Shown in pieces: positions 50,567 through 62,261 of a stretch of DNA of 64,000 bases. Position 1 is the first letter of the stretch; every line of letters begins with the position of its first letter. Location: NCBI GenBank assembly GCA_020891255.1, contig BQFW01000009.1, positions 1,240,001 to 1,304,000 on the forward strand, read 5' to 3'. A program made the translations under genes and the position numbers. Origin of the DNA: Entomortierella parvispora E1425 (Eukaryota; Fungi; Mortierellomycota). The notes beneath the pieces were generated by a model, which saw only the letters and a program-made list of their open reading frames with translations, had not been told where the DNA came from and did not search any database.

Positions 50567-53500
50567 CTATGCCTTGGTCTTGTTTCTGATGGTGACATGT
50601 GCACCCCAGTGGTTGTCTTGGATGATCTGGGCCAGTCGCTGAAAATCTTTGTTGGTCGAAAGGGAGTTTGTCACAATGACGAGCCTATGGGCCCTGCGAC
50701 CTTGGTTAGCGATCTGGCGGAGATAGACCACGATCAAGTCAATCTCTTGAGGACCCAGGTTGGTAAACGAAAGATCCAACCATTCCAGCCAACCCCAATT
50801 CAGGGCCTCAAAAACGGCCTTCCAGCCCGAGACCAGGACGCGTCTCGTCGTGCCCGTCCCCTTGGCCGCCGGCGCCGACTTTTGCCGATGACTGAGCGAA
50901 GAGGGACGAAGGGGAGGAGAAGGGGCCCGTGGGTCTGTGGGCTCATCCGCCCAATAGGACTTTGGCTTGAAATCGGACAAGCCGACCGCTGTCAACGTGT
51001 TTCGAAACTCGGTCAAGATTGAGACCAAGTCTTTGACTCTGTGCGTGGATTGGATATGGGTGCAGTCCAAGAGCAACTCCTTCAGAGGAGCGTCGTTCTT
51101 GCGCTTCTTGCGGTTCTCGGCCACTTCGAGTAGGCCCTTGAGCCAGCTGTCATCGGTGGTGTTCTGGAGGTCGATGATAGGGATGGAACGGCAGCTGGGT
51201 GTCGCAAGGAGGGTTGGCCACGGGAGTTCGGCCTTGGTCAGGGCGCGGTGGACGAGCTCGATGGACCGGAACTCGGCCGTGGCACGGAGGACTTCGACCC
51301 GAAGCGCTATATTCTTGCAGCATCGGAACAAGACCATCAGTTTTTGGGGTGGAGTGCGGGCGGGAGGAGGTGCGGAGGAAGACGGGGGCAAGCACAACGT
51401 GGCGCCTGCAGTCTCGAGGGCCAAGATCCTTTTCAGGATGGCGAGCTGGGCCCGACAGAGCTCTGGAGGGGTCCTCAGAATCACGCGTTCCAACCGCGTC
51501 AGTCGACGAAAGAGCTCCTGCACTCGACCTATGTGAGGGTGACTGAAGCTGTCGAGCTGGAAGGTGATCTCGAGGTCTTTGAGATGGGAGAGATCCTTGG
51601 GGAGATGCAACTCTGGCTGCAGCAGAAAATCGGAAAAATGCCGGAGCATCAAATGCGTCAACCGTTTGTTCTGCATCAGTCGCATTGCAAAGTCGCCGTC
51701 GTTGACGTTGCCGATGGTGGGTCGGTAAATGACCAGCTCGCTGATGTAGGAGCGTTCAAGAGCCAGGGCCAATTCTTCCATGTCGGCGCGGTTAAAGTCC
51801 CATTTGAGCTGCAGGTCGAGAAGATCGACGGCCTTTGGATTCGTACGGAGGAGGGCGTAAAACTCTTTTGCGTCGACCCGTGTGTGGAGATAAACGTCAA
51901 CATCCCGGTCGCCGCTACCGTTGATCTTTCCGTTCTTTTTGATATACTTGAAAAGTGCCTGTTGACTGTTATCGAGACGCAACTTTTTTCTTGAGGATCC
52001 CTCCTCATCACCGTGCGATCGAGGGGACGAAGAGCTGGAATATCCAGACGACGAAGAATTGGAGGAAGGCGCTTTGGAAGACGACGATGATGACGACGAC
52101 GACGATGTTGATGGCGATGAAGCAGAGGCACTCGGCGCGGGTGACGAAGACGAGTCTGAGGGGAGTCGTGGTCTCTTTCTGGAATATTTAGGACTGTTGA
52201 TAGTTTCGGCATTGTCTTCCTCTAGTTCCTGGTCCCCTGATTCCCGGCCTTCCTTTGGTTCTGGGACATCTTGCGGTTCCTTGACACCCTCTGATGCTTG
52301 ATCTTCTTCCTCGTCCACGTCCCCAAAGTCAATCTCTTGAACGCTCCTGTCATCGTCATCATCGTTGCAGTCTGTGATATGGATCTCAGGCAACGCTGGC
52401 CGATCAGAGACTTGGCTACCCGCTGGGCCTTCCCTGTTTCTCTTGAGGTTCTTTCCATCTGCGGGCTCATCTTTGCGGGCTTCAGCTCCTCGCTTCTTGG
52501 TCAGTTTCAAGTCCACAGGTGCCAGGGCATCCTTGCTACCACTCGCATGGCTCTTGGAGGTCGATACTTGAGCCGAGGAGACGTCGGTGGCACCCCCTAC
52601 GGCTGTCGACTCTTTGATCGCGATACGTTTTTGTAGAGCCCTCGCCACGGCGGACTTGGGGCCTGGCTGCCTGCGCTGCGGGGTATTTGGCTTTTCTGGC
52701 GGGCGCACGAGAATGCGAGAGGGCTGATGATCTTTCTTCTTGCCACCCTGATTGTCCTCGTTGCCATCGCTGTCGTCGTCATGGCCGCTCTTGTGCTCGC
52801 TGTGGTCGTTCTCGACTTTAGATTGCTCATCCGCATTGTCAGGAGTACTGACGGTCGCGGTGGTGGTAGCTGTAGCAGGCAAACCGAGCTCATGGTGGCG
52901 CGCTTTGAACCGTTTTTGACCCTTGACAAAGTCCGTTTGGTAATCGTACCAGACTGTCAGCCAGTTCTCGAGCCAGTCGGGCATCACCTCCACGGCATTG
53001 ATTTTCCGAGTCAGATCCTCTGTACTGGCCTCAATGTCTTTTCGGAGTCGCTGCACATGTGCGTCCATGGCTTGAAGGACTTGGTCATTGTGGGTGTTGA
53101 TCAGCAGCGGCAGTTGGTTCATATGGGCTTCCATTTGTTGTCGGTGTCGATCCTGCCTCAACATGAGTTCTTGTTGAAGCTGTGCGCGATCGGAATTTAG
53201 CTCTTGTCGAAATCGTGCCCAAAAAGAGTCGGGTATCTCTGCTTCCGTGGGCCAGTGGCGCGTCGACGATGGGGGTGTCTGCATGGAATAGGGTGCCGGC
53301 TTTGGGATCAGCCCTGGAACTGGTTGTGGAAGTGGAGATGATCTTGAGCCTTTTCGTACGTGTGGCCCTTCGGTGGGCAATGGGCCAGGTGCGCAGTGAT
53401 AGTTGGGGTGGTGCCCATCGAAGCTGGCTCTGTGGTCATTGGCAGGCTGTTGAGAAAAAGGGTAGGTGGTGTGCATGCCCGTTGGGGATTGGACTGGAAA

Positions 53501-54083
53501 TGGGGTCACGCATGGTGCCCAACAACTCTCTGTGGTGTTCATATCTGATCACCACAGGCCGCGAGATCTGGGGAGAAGTGTGGACAGCAGCGGGGACACT
53601 CGGTCGTTTAGGAGCTCCTACTCTATTACCTTCTTCCGGTCCTGCTTCTACTTCGACCTTTATCTCTGTGTCCGTCGTCTGTATCGTAGTTTCTGTAGTT
53701 ACCAATAAACCCCCCGCTTCAGTTGGACAAAGACAGACTGTTTCTTCCATATGCCTCACTTCAGGAATGTCTTGTTCAATCACTTGGATCATAATTCTTT
53801 GATGAGCATGAATCCAACTGCCTGGATGGAACGCGTTTTCGTGAGCGGAAGCGTGATGAACCCGCACTCGGCGGTCGTTGAGGACAAGATAAAGGGCATT
53901 GGGAAAGGCCGTGAGGATGGTTTGCATCTTGACGTAAGGAGTTGGTCCGTCGGTCTCTAGAGAATCTTCAATTGGGAGGTCATGGAATTCGGTTGCGAGG
54001 CTGGCGGCATCGACGCGTAAGAAACGTTGTTTCCCAGGAATGAAATCCCTAGGCTGGCCTCCAGTCGTGGACCCGAGGCTCAT
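50567..54083 (-). CDS. Lineage-type RNI/LRR-like protein with N-terminal header domain, coiled coil and acidic/Ser-rich linker (junction between ORFs 53436-54083 and 50567-53542 unresolved)
   Basis: C-terminal half YIKKNGK...DAKEFYALL...DLLDLQLKWD..ADMEELALAL...LTHLMLRHF...LKDLEI...LEWLDLSFTNL shows RNI-like leucine periodicity. The two ORFs are in different frames; a candidate 85-nt GTAATA...ATCAG intron would join them. Confidence 0.65.
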
Positions 54084-54547
54084 GATTTTGTACGTGTCAG
54101 TGATGTTGGGTCAAAGGTCTGGGGTTTGTTCTGGTAACAATGATCGCTAGGGGTGTTGGGTAAATGAAGGTGTATGTTGGTTGTCTTGAATGGGTCAATG
54201 GCAGAGACAAAAGAAGGGGAAAGAAAAAGGCCAGCTAGACGTGGACACGTACAGAATTTATATAGCCAGAGTCTTCCACTTTCCCAAAAGCCTTCCTGGA
54301 AAAGAAGAGAGGGAGCTGTGGTTTCTGCAGGGAAGGGCAAAAAAGACCTGAAAGAGCACTTTGGCGCCTTGTTGTTTGTGGTCACTGGTCGCGACAATAG
54401 GAAAAAAAAAGATCCCCTACTTTGACGGTTCAATCTCTGATTTCGGAGAATGATAGGAGGACAGTGGTCTGTATACTCAAGTCGGGACGAGCCCCACAGA
54501 AGGCTGGTCCCAATTTTTGGAGCGTGGTACTCTCATACACACACGTT

Positions 54548-56708
54548 TTATTGAAAGAAAAGGCGAAGCGTGTCCATGTGGCGAAATCGAGCCCGCAAGT
54601 TCCTTTCAATCTCGCCATCGTCTTTGGGGATACTCATACCCAATTGCAGTTTTTGAAGGTGGGGTCGTTCGCCATTGATCCAGCTCACGTCATGCAGTTC
54701 CTTGTCTAGAGCTATCTCGGGAGTTGCAGGGGTTTCCAGCTTTTCACCACCACCGTCATCGACGGCCTCTAGATCAATACTTGTCTTAGATTGCTGTGGA
54801 GGATCGGGGCATCGGCCCAGCCCTCTAAAAAGAAGATCCACATCCGAGACGCTGCCATCCAGCATCCAGAAATCCGTCAATCTGGGGCAGCAGTGCAGAA
54901 ACAGATTGACATCCAAAATGAAAGCTTCGGATGCTATGTTTCTCAGCCAGTATCCTTGTAGCCGCAATGATCGCAGGTGGAATACAAAGCTGACTTTGAT
55001 TCGGATGTTTTGTCGCAAGACAGAGAGATATGCCTCTGATGAATACAACCTCACAATGTCCTCTTCCTCAGTGTCTTCTCCTGACTCAATGTCACCGAGA
55101 TCACCTTCGTCCGCTGGAGCAGTACTCTGCTCCTTGTCATCCCCCAGCAGACCCGCTTCTCTTTCCAATGAAGACATATCGTTCCTAACATCCAGTATGA
55201 TGGCTCGAATAATCGTTGTCCGATGGAAAAGACTCAGGCTCTTGATTTCGTCACAGCAGGGCTTCATCAAGTACTGGGCCCAAATACGGTCGCTCTCCTT
55301 GTCCACGGATGGATTCCAGTCTGCATGGCTCAAGATCGTGAGCCGTTGCAGTCGTAAACTTGAGGGGAACTTTAGTGAAAGCGCCGTCTGAAGCCCATCC
55401 ACATGACCACCCTCTAGAAAGAGATTGTCAAAGCACTGTGGCATTGGAAGCTCATTCAGCGGAGCCAGATCCGTAAGAGTCTCCAGACGAATCTTTTGAT
55501 TAGGGGAGCGCAGTCGCAAGTACTTTAGAAAAGGGAATGGCGTTCGTTTGAATTCATCGTCTTCCTGATCTGCCCCGCTCCTGGTCCTGTTGCTACTTCC
55601 TGTGAAAGAGTACCCCTGATCATCTTTGCTCAAGGGCCAGTGTTTGACATTGTTCGTACTGGCTACATCGGTCTGTTGCCAGAACGGGGTGATGTTGTAG
55701 ACTGACAACTCTTCGATCTGTGGAAAAGTCTTTACGACTCTTTTTGCCAGCTCATCCCCGATCAGACAACGAAAGCCCAGTATCTTGAGGCTCGTGATTT
55801 CTGGCCCTTCTTGATCAAGATTGTCGCCGACGACCAGGACCGATATCCGGTTAAGCCATAGCTCCTTTAGATTCGGGGCCCCCGATACCAGAAACTGAAC
55901 CAGAGATTCCCAGCTGATGACAAAGTTTTGCTTGTGGGGCGCAGATATATCCAACAGCCCGAGTTGAGGGAAGATTGGCAATGACATGGGCGAGACGGGT
56001 GTTGCAGCATTGACCAAGCGGGCCAAGACGGGGTGCCGTTGCAGATGAAAGGCAAAGTCGGGTGTAATCTCCACCGTTTGTTTCGAGAGCGAATCCAGTA
56101 CGGTGGCGAGATTGACCGGTTCTATAGGGACATCTTCGGGTGGAAGAAATCGCAGGTACAAAAGTTTGAGTCCAGTGGCGGGGACAGAGGACTGCATTAG
56201 ATGGTTATCGAGCAGGTGCGGGTTGCTGTCGAACAAGCGTGTTGACAGACTTAGCTGTGCAATGGCCTTTGTTAGCGATTCATGGTCCCCGTTTTGCAAC
56301 ATAGCAAGAACATTGTCCTTGAACGCCTCGGTGACGGCCTCCTTCATGTCGTTCCAGTTCTCTTCCCAGGCAAAGGCCAAGCGCAATACCGTCAGGTTGG
56401 GACATTCCCGAAGGGCTCGCCTGAGGGACACGGCCTCGGTCATGCAGAGAGGGGTCTTGTCAGAGCCTCAGGATTCGAAGATTGGCTCGCTTGAACTCGT
56501 AAAGAGGATCCTGGTCAGCGTCTTGAAAGCATTCTGTCATACTAATAAGCTCACCACCGAGCCAGCGAGCAGGGGAGACGGCCCGGTTGATGGTCCTGCA
56601 GACACACCTCAGAGAGAGGATGTTGTCTCTTGTAAGGTAGCTGATAATGACATCAGCAAGCTCTGGGACGGAGAAGACGCGAAAGAGAGACTGGGTAGCC
56701 GGGGACAT
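54548..56708 (-). CDS. F-box plus LRR-like protein (junction between ORFs 56460-56708 and 54548-56443 unresolved)
   Basis: N-terminal VFSVPELADVIISYLTRDNILSLRCVCRTIN is F-box-like. Downstream repeats CPNLTVLRL, FPQLGLLDI, APNLKELWL, FPQIEELSV, CPRLTDFWM and PHLQKLQL. Confidence 0.7.
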
Positions 56709-57320
56709 GGGTGCTAAGGAAGTGTGGATGGGGTCGGGAGATTACGAAGAGAGAGAAAGGAAGGGAAGGAAAGAAGACCAAGAAGGAAGAAAGGCTGGAG
56801 AGGGGCGAAAGAAAGAACTGCGGTGCGTGGCAGAGACGGGGGGCTTGCATGTTCGCATGGGGCGGTGTCTGAGTCTTTTTTTTTATATATAATTTATAAC
56901 TTATATATATATATATGAATGAGGGGAAGGAATGAATGAAGGTGGGAGTGAATGAATGAAAAGACATGCAGGAGGAGGGCTCTTGGTGTCCGAGGAATAA
57001 GAGAGAGAGAACAAACAAACAAGGGAAACAAACCATGTCCATGTCCATCGCAATGCGCTGTGCAACCCACAGGAACAAAGAGACGCGCGCGGCAGATTGC
57101 AGCGGATCTCCTTTTCTTTCTTTCGTTCGACCAGTACTGGTCCCTGACTGGATTTGGGCCTGACTTAAAAAGAGATCTCTCTTTCTCTCCTGTTGTTCAT
57201 GCTCATCCCTCTCTGGTCGACTTGCTTCTTTGCTTCCCTTCTTTCTTTCTTCCTTCTTTCTTCCTTCTTCTCCCTCTCTTCTCTCTTCTCTCTTCTTGCT
57301 CAACTCTCCACACACCAGCC

Positions 57321-57592
57321 ATGGGTCTGCTCACCATCCTCAAAAAGAACCGTCAGAAGGAAAAGGAGATTCGTCTGCTCATGCTCGGACTCGACAATGC
57401 TGGGAAAACAACCATCCTCAAGCGAATCAATGGCGAGGACATTGACGAGATTGCCCCCACTCTCGGGTTCAACATCAAGACACTAGAGCACAAAGGGTAA
57501 ACCTGTTGTCCCCGACAAGACCTGCCGTCGCTCTTCAGTGCTTGTCCTACAAAGCCGAACGTCCCTCGGTTTTTAACAGATTTTCGTCTCGT

Positions 57593-57626
<34 letters not shown>

Positions 57627-58214
57627 CATCTTCCTAGCTTCAAAATGAACATTTGGGACGTGGGCGGACAAAAATCCATTCGATCCTACTGGCGCAACTA
57701 CTTTGAGCAGACGGACGGACTCGTCTGGGTCGTAGACTCGGCTGATCGACTGAGATTAGAGGATTGCAAAAAAGAGCTCCATGAACTCCTTCAAGAAGAG
57801 GTAAACCGTTTGGAGCATCCTCTAGGAAGAAACCTGATAATGACCCAAGAACAACGGAATATTGATCGTGGAAGCTCTTCCTGGCTTGTATAACCTCATA
57901 GCGTTTATCTGGAGCATCCCTTTTGGTGTTTGCCAACAAGCAGGATCTTCCAGGAGCATTGACGGACGTTCAAATCCGAGAGGTATGCTTTCATTTTCTC
58001 GATTAGAGAAAAAAAAACCTTCAGGTCGTCACAGGAAAACTCACCCTCCTACTCTGTTCTGCTATCCTTCTACTTTTAGGCACTTGGTCTAGATGACATC
58101 TTGACACATCACTGGGCTATTCTGGGATGCAGTGCCAAAACAGGCGAGCATCTTCTTCAAGGCATGGACTGGGTTGTAGGCGACATTGGATCGAGAATTT
58201 ATCTTTTGGATTAA
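57321..58214 (+). CDS. ARL2: Arf-like GTPase 2 (ARL2/Alp41/Cin4, tubulin-folding pathway)
   Basis: [70 protein letters not shown] and [10 protein letters not shown]. Three GT-AG introns. Confidence 0.96.
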
Positions 58215-58430
58215 AGCAATCAATTATACCCCCACTATTGAATAGTTAATGATATCTAGTTGTTTTAATATGATATGCGTTCTATGCCCGGGTTCTAGAT
58301 CCGGTCCGTTTTCCCAATTCGCCCTCGACAAAAGCTACAGCAAGATGGCTCCTCGAATGCACCTTATTGACAAGTCTGGAGTGTCCTTTCAAATCGAGCA
58401 TCCTGATGTCCCCATGGTAGTCGTTTCTCC

Positions 58431-59520
58431 TTAGCGTCTCTCGACAACGACCTTGAGCTCTACCGTTCCCAAATCACCCAGGTCCACTCTTGCCCAAGAG
58501 TCACCAATGGACTTGATCTTTGTTCCGTTGACGGTGACCTTATCCACGACAATTCCGTGCTTCTCCTTCAACTCCTTGATGACATCCTCAGCCTGAACAG
58601 ATCCAAAAATGGTTTTTGATCCTGGCAAAACCTCGTTGACGGCGCGGGAGAAGGTCAAGGCGGGCAAGGCCTGAAGACGGTTACGGAGCTCCTGCAATTG
58701 CAAAATACGCTGCTCCTTCTTGATAGTCTGCTGGTAAACCTGGAAAAAAAAATAGCGTATCGGCAATAAAAATCAGTCTCTTCCACCATGCTTTTCTTTT
58801 TTTCTTTCTTCCTGTCAAATTTCGCCCATTTGCTGTTGTGATCGTTTGCTGTATTACCTTGTTCATCTCCTGGGCAGTCTGGGCGGCGTTTTTATCAGCC
58901 TCGGCAGCCTGTCTGAAGTTCTGTGCGTTCTTGTCAATGTAGTTAGCGAGTCTGAAAGGGTAAAGTCTGTTTCTCATTCTACCGGCTAATAGAAGAAGAG
59001 TCCGTATTCCAATCAAAAAAAAAAGAAGAAAAGACGATTAATCTCCTGATACTGTCGACTTTTTTTTTTTGTTTTCCATGGTGTCTGAGAAATCTCAAGT
59101 CCTGAAGATCGACATACCGGAAACATTGACAACATCGCCTAAAAGATGGTTCAATACGAAAATGTTAAAGACTTGACTAGATCCATTCTCATGAGCATCC
59201 TTGTTCCGATAGGAGCACAGATCTGTTCGAGGATATCCACGGTCATTGTGTTTTTACCTGGCTTTCCGAGACCCTCAACGTTGGCTCTCAAGGTAACCTC
59301 AATCGACTTCCAGCGCTATAATGAGAGGGTGGAGGAGCAAAAAGTGAGTCGTTTGCTCCGTATATCCTCCAAGTTCTCTAGCATTCCAGGTCCTTTTATG
59401 AACATTGGCTGCTCCGTGTGTTGCTGTTGTCGTTGCTCAAGAGTGATGAGACGGTACCTTGACAACATGTGTGGCTGATCTGATGGTTCCTGTGAGTGAT
59501 GACCTGCTTGCTGAGAACAT
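58431..59520 (-). CDS. Mitochondrial ribosomal protein bL9m
   Basis: Spliced MFSASRSSLTGTIRSATHVVK|RWKSIEVTLRANVEGLGKP|GDVVNVS|AGRMRNRLYP (L9 N-domain), then IFGSVQAEDV...IKSIG (C-domain). Includes a 21-nt exon at 59118-59138. Confidence 0.88.
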
Positions 59521-60114
59521 TGTGATGTATTCGATTCGGGGAGAGATGAGTGTGGCTGGGATGAGTCCGTCTTTGTCGAGGCGTGGAGAGAAAAGGAGAG
59601 GATGCGCGAGCCGGTCAATGAATGAATGGTGGAGGCACTCCTCGCACTCAGAATTGTTTACCAAATGGCTCCGAGCGGCAACTTTGTGACTGTCATTGCA
59701 TGCCACAAAGAGTTCTAGTCTGTCAAGATCTCGACGTGATATCCTTCCCACTTCTGCCTCCTCTCGCAGATCAACTCCGACAGACTCCCTCTGCATCCAA
59801 CGCCTAGAAAGAATAGGCATTCATAGAGTTTGATCTGGACTGTGCCCAGTAGAGAAAATATCAAAGTCCAGCCAACTGGAAGACTCGCTAAGCGGCTTGC
59901 TATGGTCTTTTGGCAAAGAATCCAGAGGTGCTTCTGCAGCCAAGGTTGGAGCAATTGAAAGACTGTAACGCCAAAGTGATCACAACAAGAGGTGCCAATT
60001 GGGTGCCTGAAGCTAGAAAATGGCGTATATTATTTATTATTGTCATCGCTCCCAAAGTTCATTCTCTATGTAAATTGCAACTTTTCAGTCTCCCATCCTC
60101 GCTTCATTTTTTTT

Positions 60115-62261
60115 TTAATTGCGTCCAAAGATACGGGTCAAGACAGTCAGGTAGTGCTTGTTGATCACGCTGGGTTCGTTCTGGTAAAGGGTCATCATCA
60201 CACCCATGGAGGCACTGAAGAGGGCGATATCACCATGGGGAATGTTCTTAACCAATCCACGCTTCAACAACAGCTTCCAGGTCGTCTCCAGAGCACGGGG
60301 CAAGCAGTACAAGGCCAACTCCATTTGGCGACCGGGGGCCTCAATCAAGACGGCAAAGCCAGAGACAATACCATTGAAAAGGTAACTGTTGCACAGAAAG
60401 TGAATGGAGAAGCGATTAGAATTGCGGCACGAAATATACTTGAGAACAAATATTGCACTAGTTCAAAAAACTTACATAAGGTTGGATTCCCTCTGGAGCA
60501 CTCTGCGCATCAGGCAGGGAACATAAAAGGCAGCCAGGACATACACTGTCAAGAACATGACCGATCGCAGAGTCGACTTGACGTAACGGTAGACGGACAG
60601 CTTGGGGTCTGAAGCCAATCTCTTGTGCTGGAACACAAGTGTGACAATCAGGTTCAAGGTACCGTACATCTTCAGGGCACGGCCAAACTCGCCCTTGATC
60701 GTGTCCACAGCATGCTCAGAGCAAGGGTAAAGGGGGTGCAAGAGTGCACACAGTTGGTAGTCGTGATGCAAGTTGCTGGGCACCAATGTTGCAATGTTGG
60801 GCGAGATATTTTGGGCAATAAAGTCATGCGAGCTAACGCCCTTGGGGATGCAAATGTGCTCATTGCCGGCAGGCAGCGTCTTCAAGTGCTCAAACTGTGT
60901 CCTGAAAGTCTCCACGAGGGGTGGGAACATGGCTCCAAACTTTTGTGGCAATCCAGAGTGCTGCATGATGAAGTTGTAGTACGACCTGGGCATCGCATCT
61001 GGCTCAATCACGCAAGAGTACAAGTTGACAGACGCAGTGGCCGACATGAGGGCCGTTGCTGCCGAGGCTGAGAGACCCTTGGCCAAGATATCGTCCCAGC
61101 CGGGTCGGGTGACTAACGCCTGTTTTTCTCCTGCAAGTTCGACAGCGTCCCTGAGCGCCAGGCGGTTATGGGCTCTCTTGGCGTGACGATGTTCGGCCCA
61201 CTTTTTCATGCCGTAACTGGATCCAAACTGGATAGATCGAGTAAAAAGGTATAGGGTGAGGGCAGTTCTACGGCTCTTGTTCTTGTCCAAAAGTAAGGTC
61301 AATCCTGCAACAGATCCGGCCACAAACGCATTGAGTCTGTCCCCGTCGTGATCGGGTCTGTAGTAGCGCATGGTGCAGAGCACCATCTTGTACGCCGACA
61401 AGAATGACGACAAGAAGAATGCAAATCCAACGGTATCACTGCCTCCTGCCCTTTTGAAGATGCTTGGACTAGATAGCAAAGAACAGAAATGTTGAGTTAT
61501 TGTGGGGAAGATGGGTTGGCATGTGAAGGAGTCAGGTGGCCAATGAACGGAGGAGGAGGAGCACTCTTCGTCGTCGCCTGATCGGGACGGAGATGGAGAG
61601 AGAGAGAGAGCAGACGGATCGGTGGCCAGAAAGAGCGATCGGCCACCAGACATGCATCCTGCCAGTGGTCTCCATTGTCCGCTGTGATATAGGGGTCAAT
61701 CCGCCAGTTGTTGTCCCGGTACTACTGTCCAATTGATTTGAGATCCAGATCTGCATCGACAGGAGGTAAGGGAAGAGAAGGAGAGTGACTCTGAGCTATC
61801 GAAAAGGCTTACTTTTTGAAGGCCCTGCCCGTCAGAGTGGCAGGCAGGACCCCGATCAGGTACTTGACGATATAGGCAATCATCCAGGTCTTAAAGAACC
61901 CACGCGTCACGTTCTGGGTACATGTCTTGCCCTCATGCTTGCACTTGTTCACGCGTTTCTCATTCTGCGTGATCTCAAGATTGAGTCGTTGAAGGTTGTG
62001 GCTGGATTAAAAAAAAATAAAAAAAAAAGGAACCTGTCAGATGGCGAGAAACCGCTAATGCTCCCATGTGGGCCCAACTTTCTTTCATGCATTGAGTTTC
62101 TTTTTTTTTTCTTCTTTCCACTCCAAATACCTGCTGAGTCGCTGCAAGCGCTGCTGAAAGTTGTTGAAACCGGAAATGACCTTTTCGGTTTCTTTGTCCG
62201 TCAGAGCCTTGGACATCAAGGCAGCAATGGCCTCGAGAAAGTTCTCCCAAGCGTTATCCAT
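60115..62261 (-). CDS. TMEM135-like membrane protein (Tim17/PMP24-related duplicated domain)
   Basis: CKHEGKTC..NVTRGF..WMIAYIVKY, NAFVAGSVAG, RRTALTLYL, LCALLHP..C, LKMYGTL, IEAPGRQMELALYCLPRAL and ALFSASMGVMM.LYQ.EP match the TMEM135 pattern. Multi-exon with GT-AG introns. Confidence 0.85.

Noticed and set aside
61619-61647. GGTGGCC...GGCCACC stem next to a (GA)n run in a TMEM135 intron
   Set aside because: A 7-bp stem is too short to be significant.
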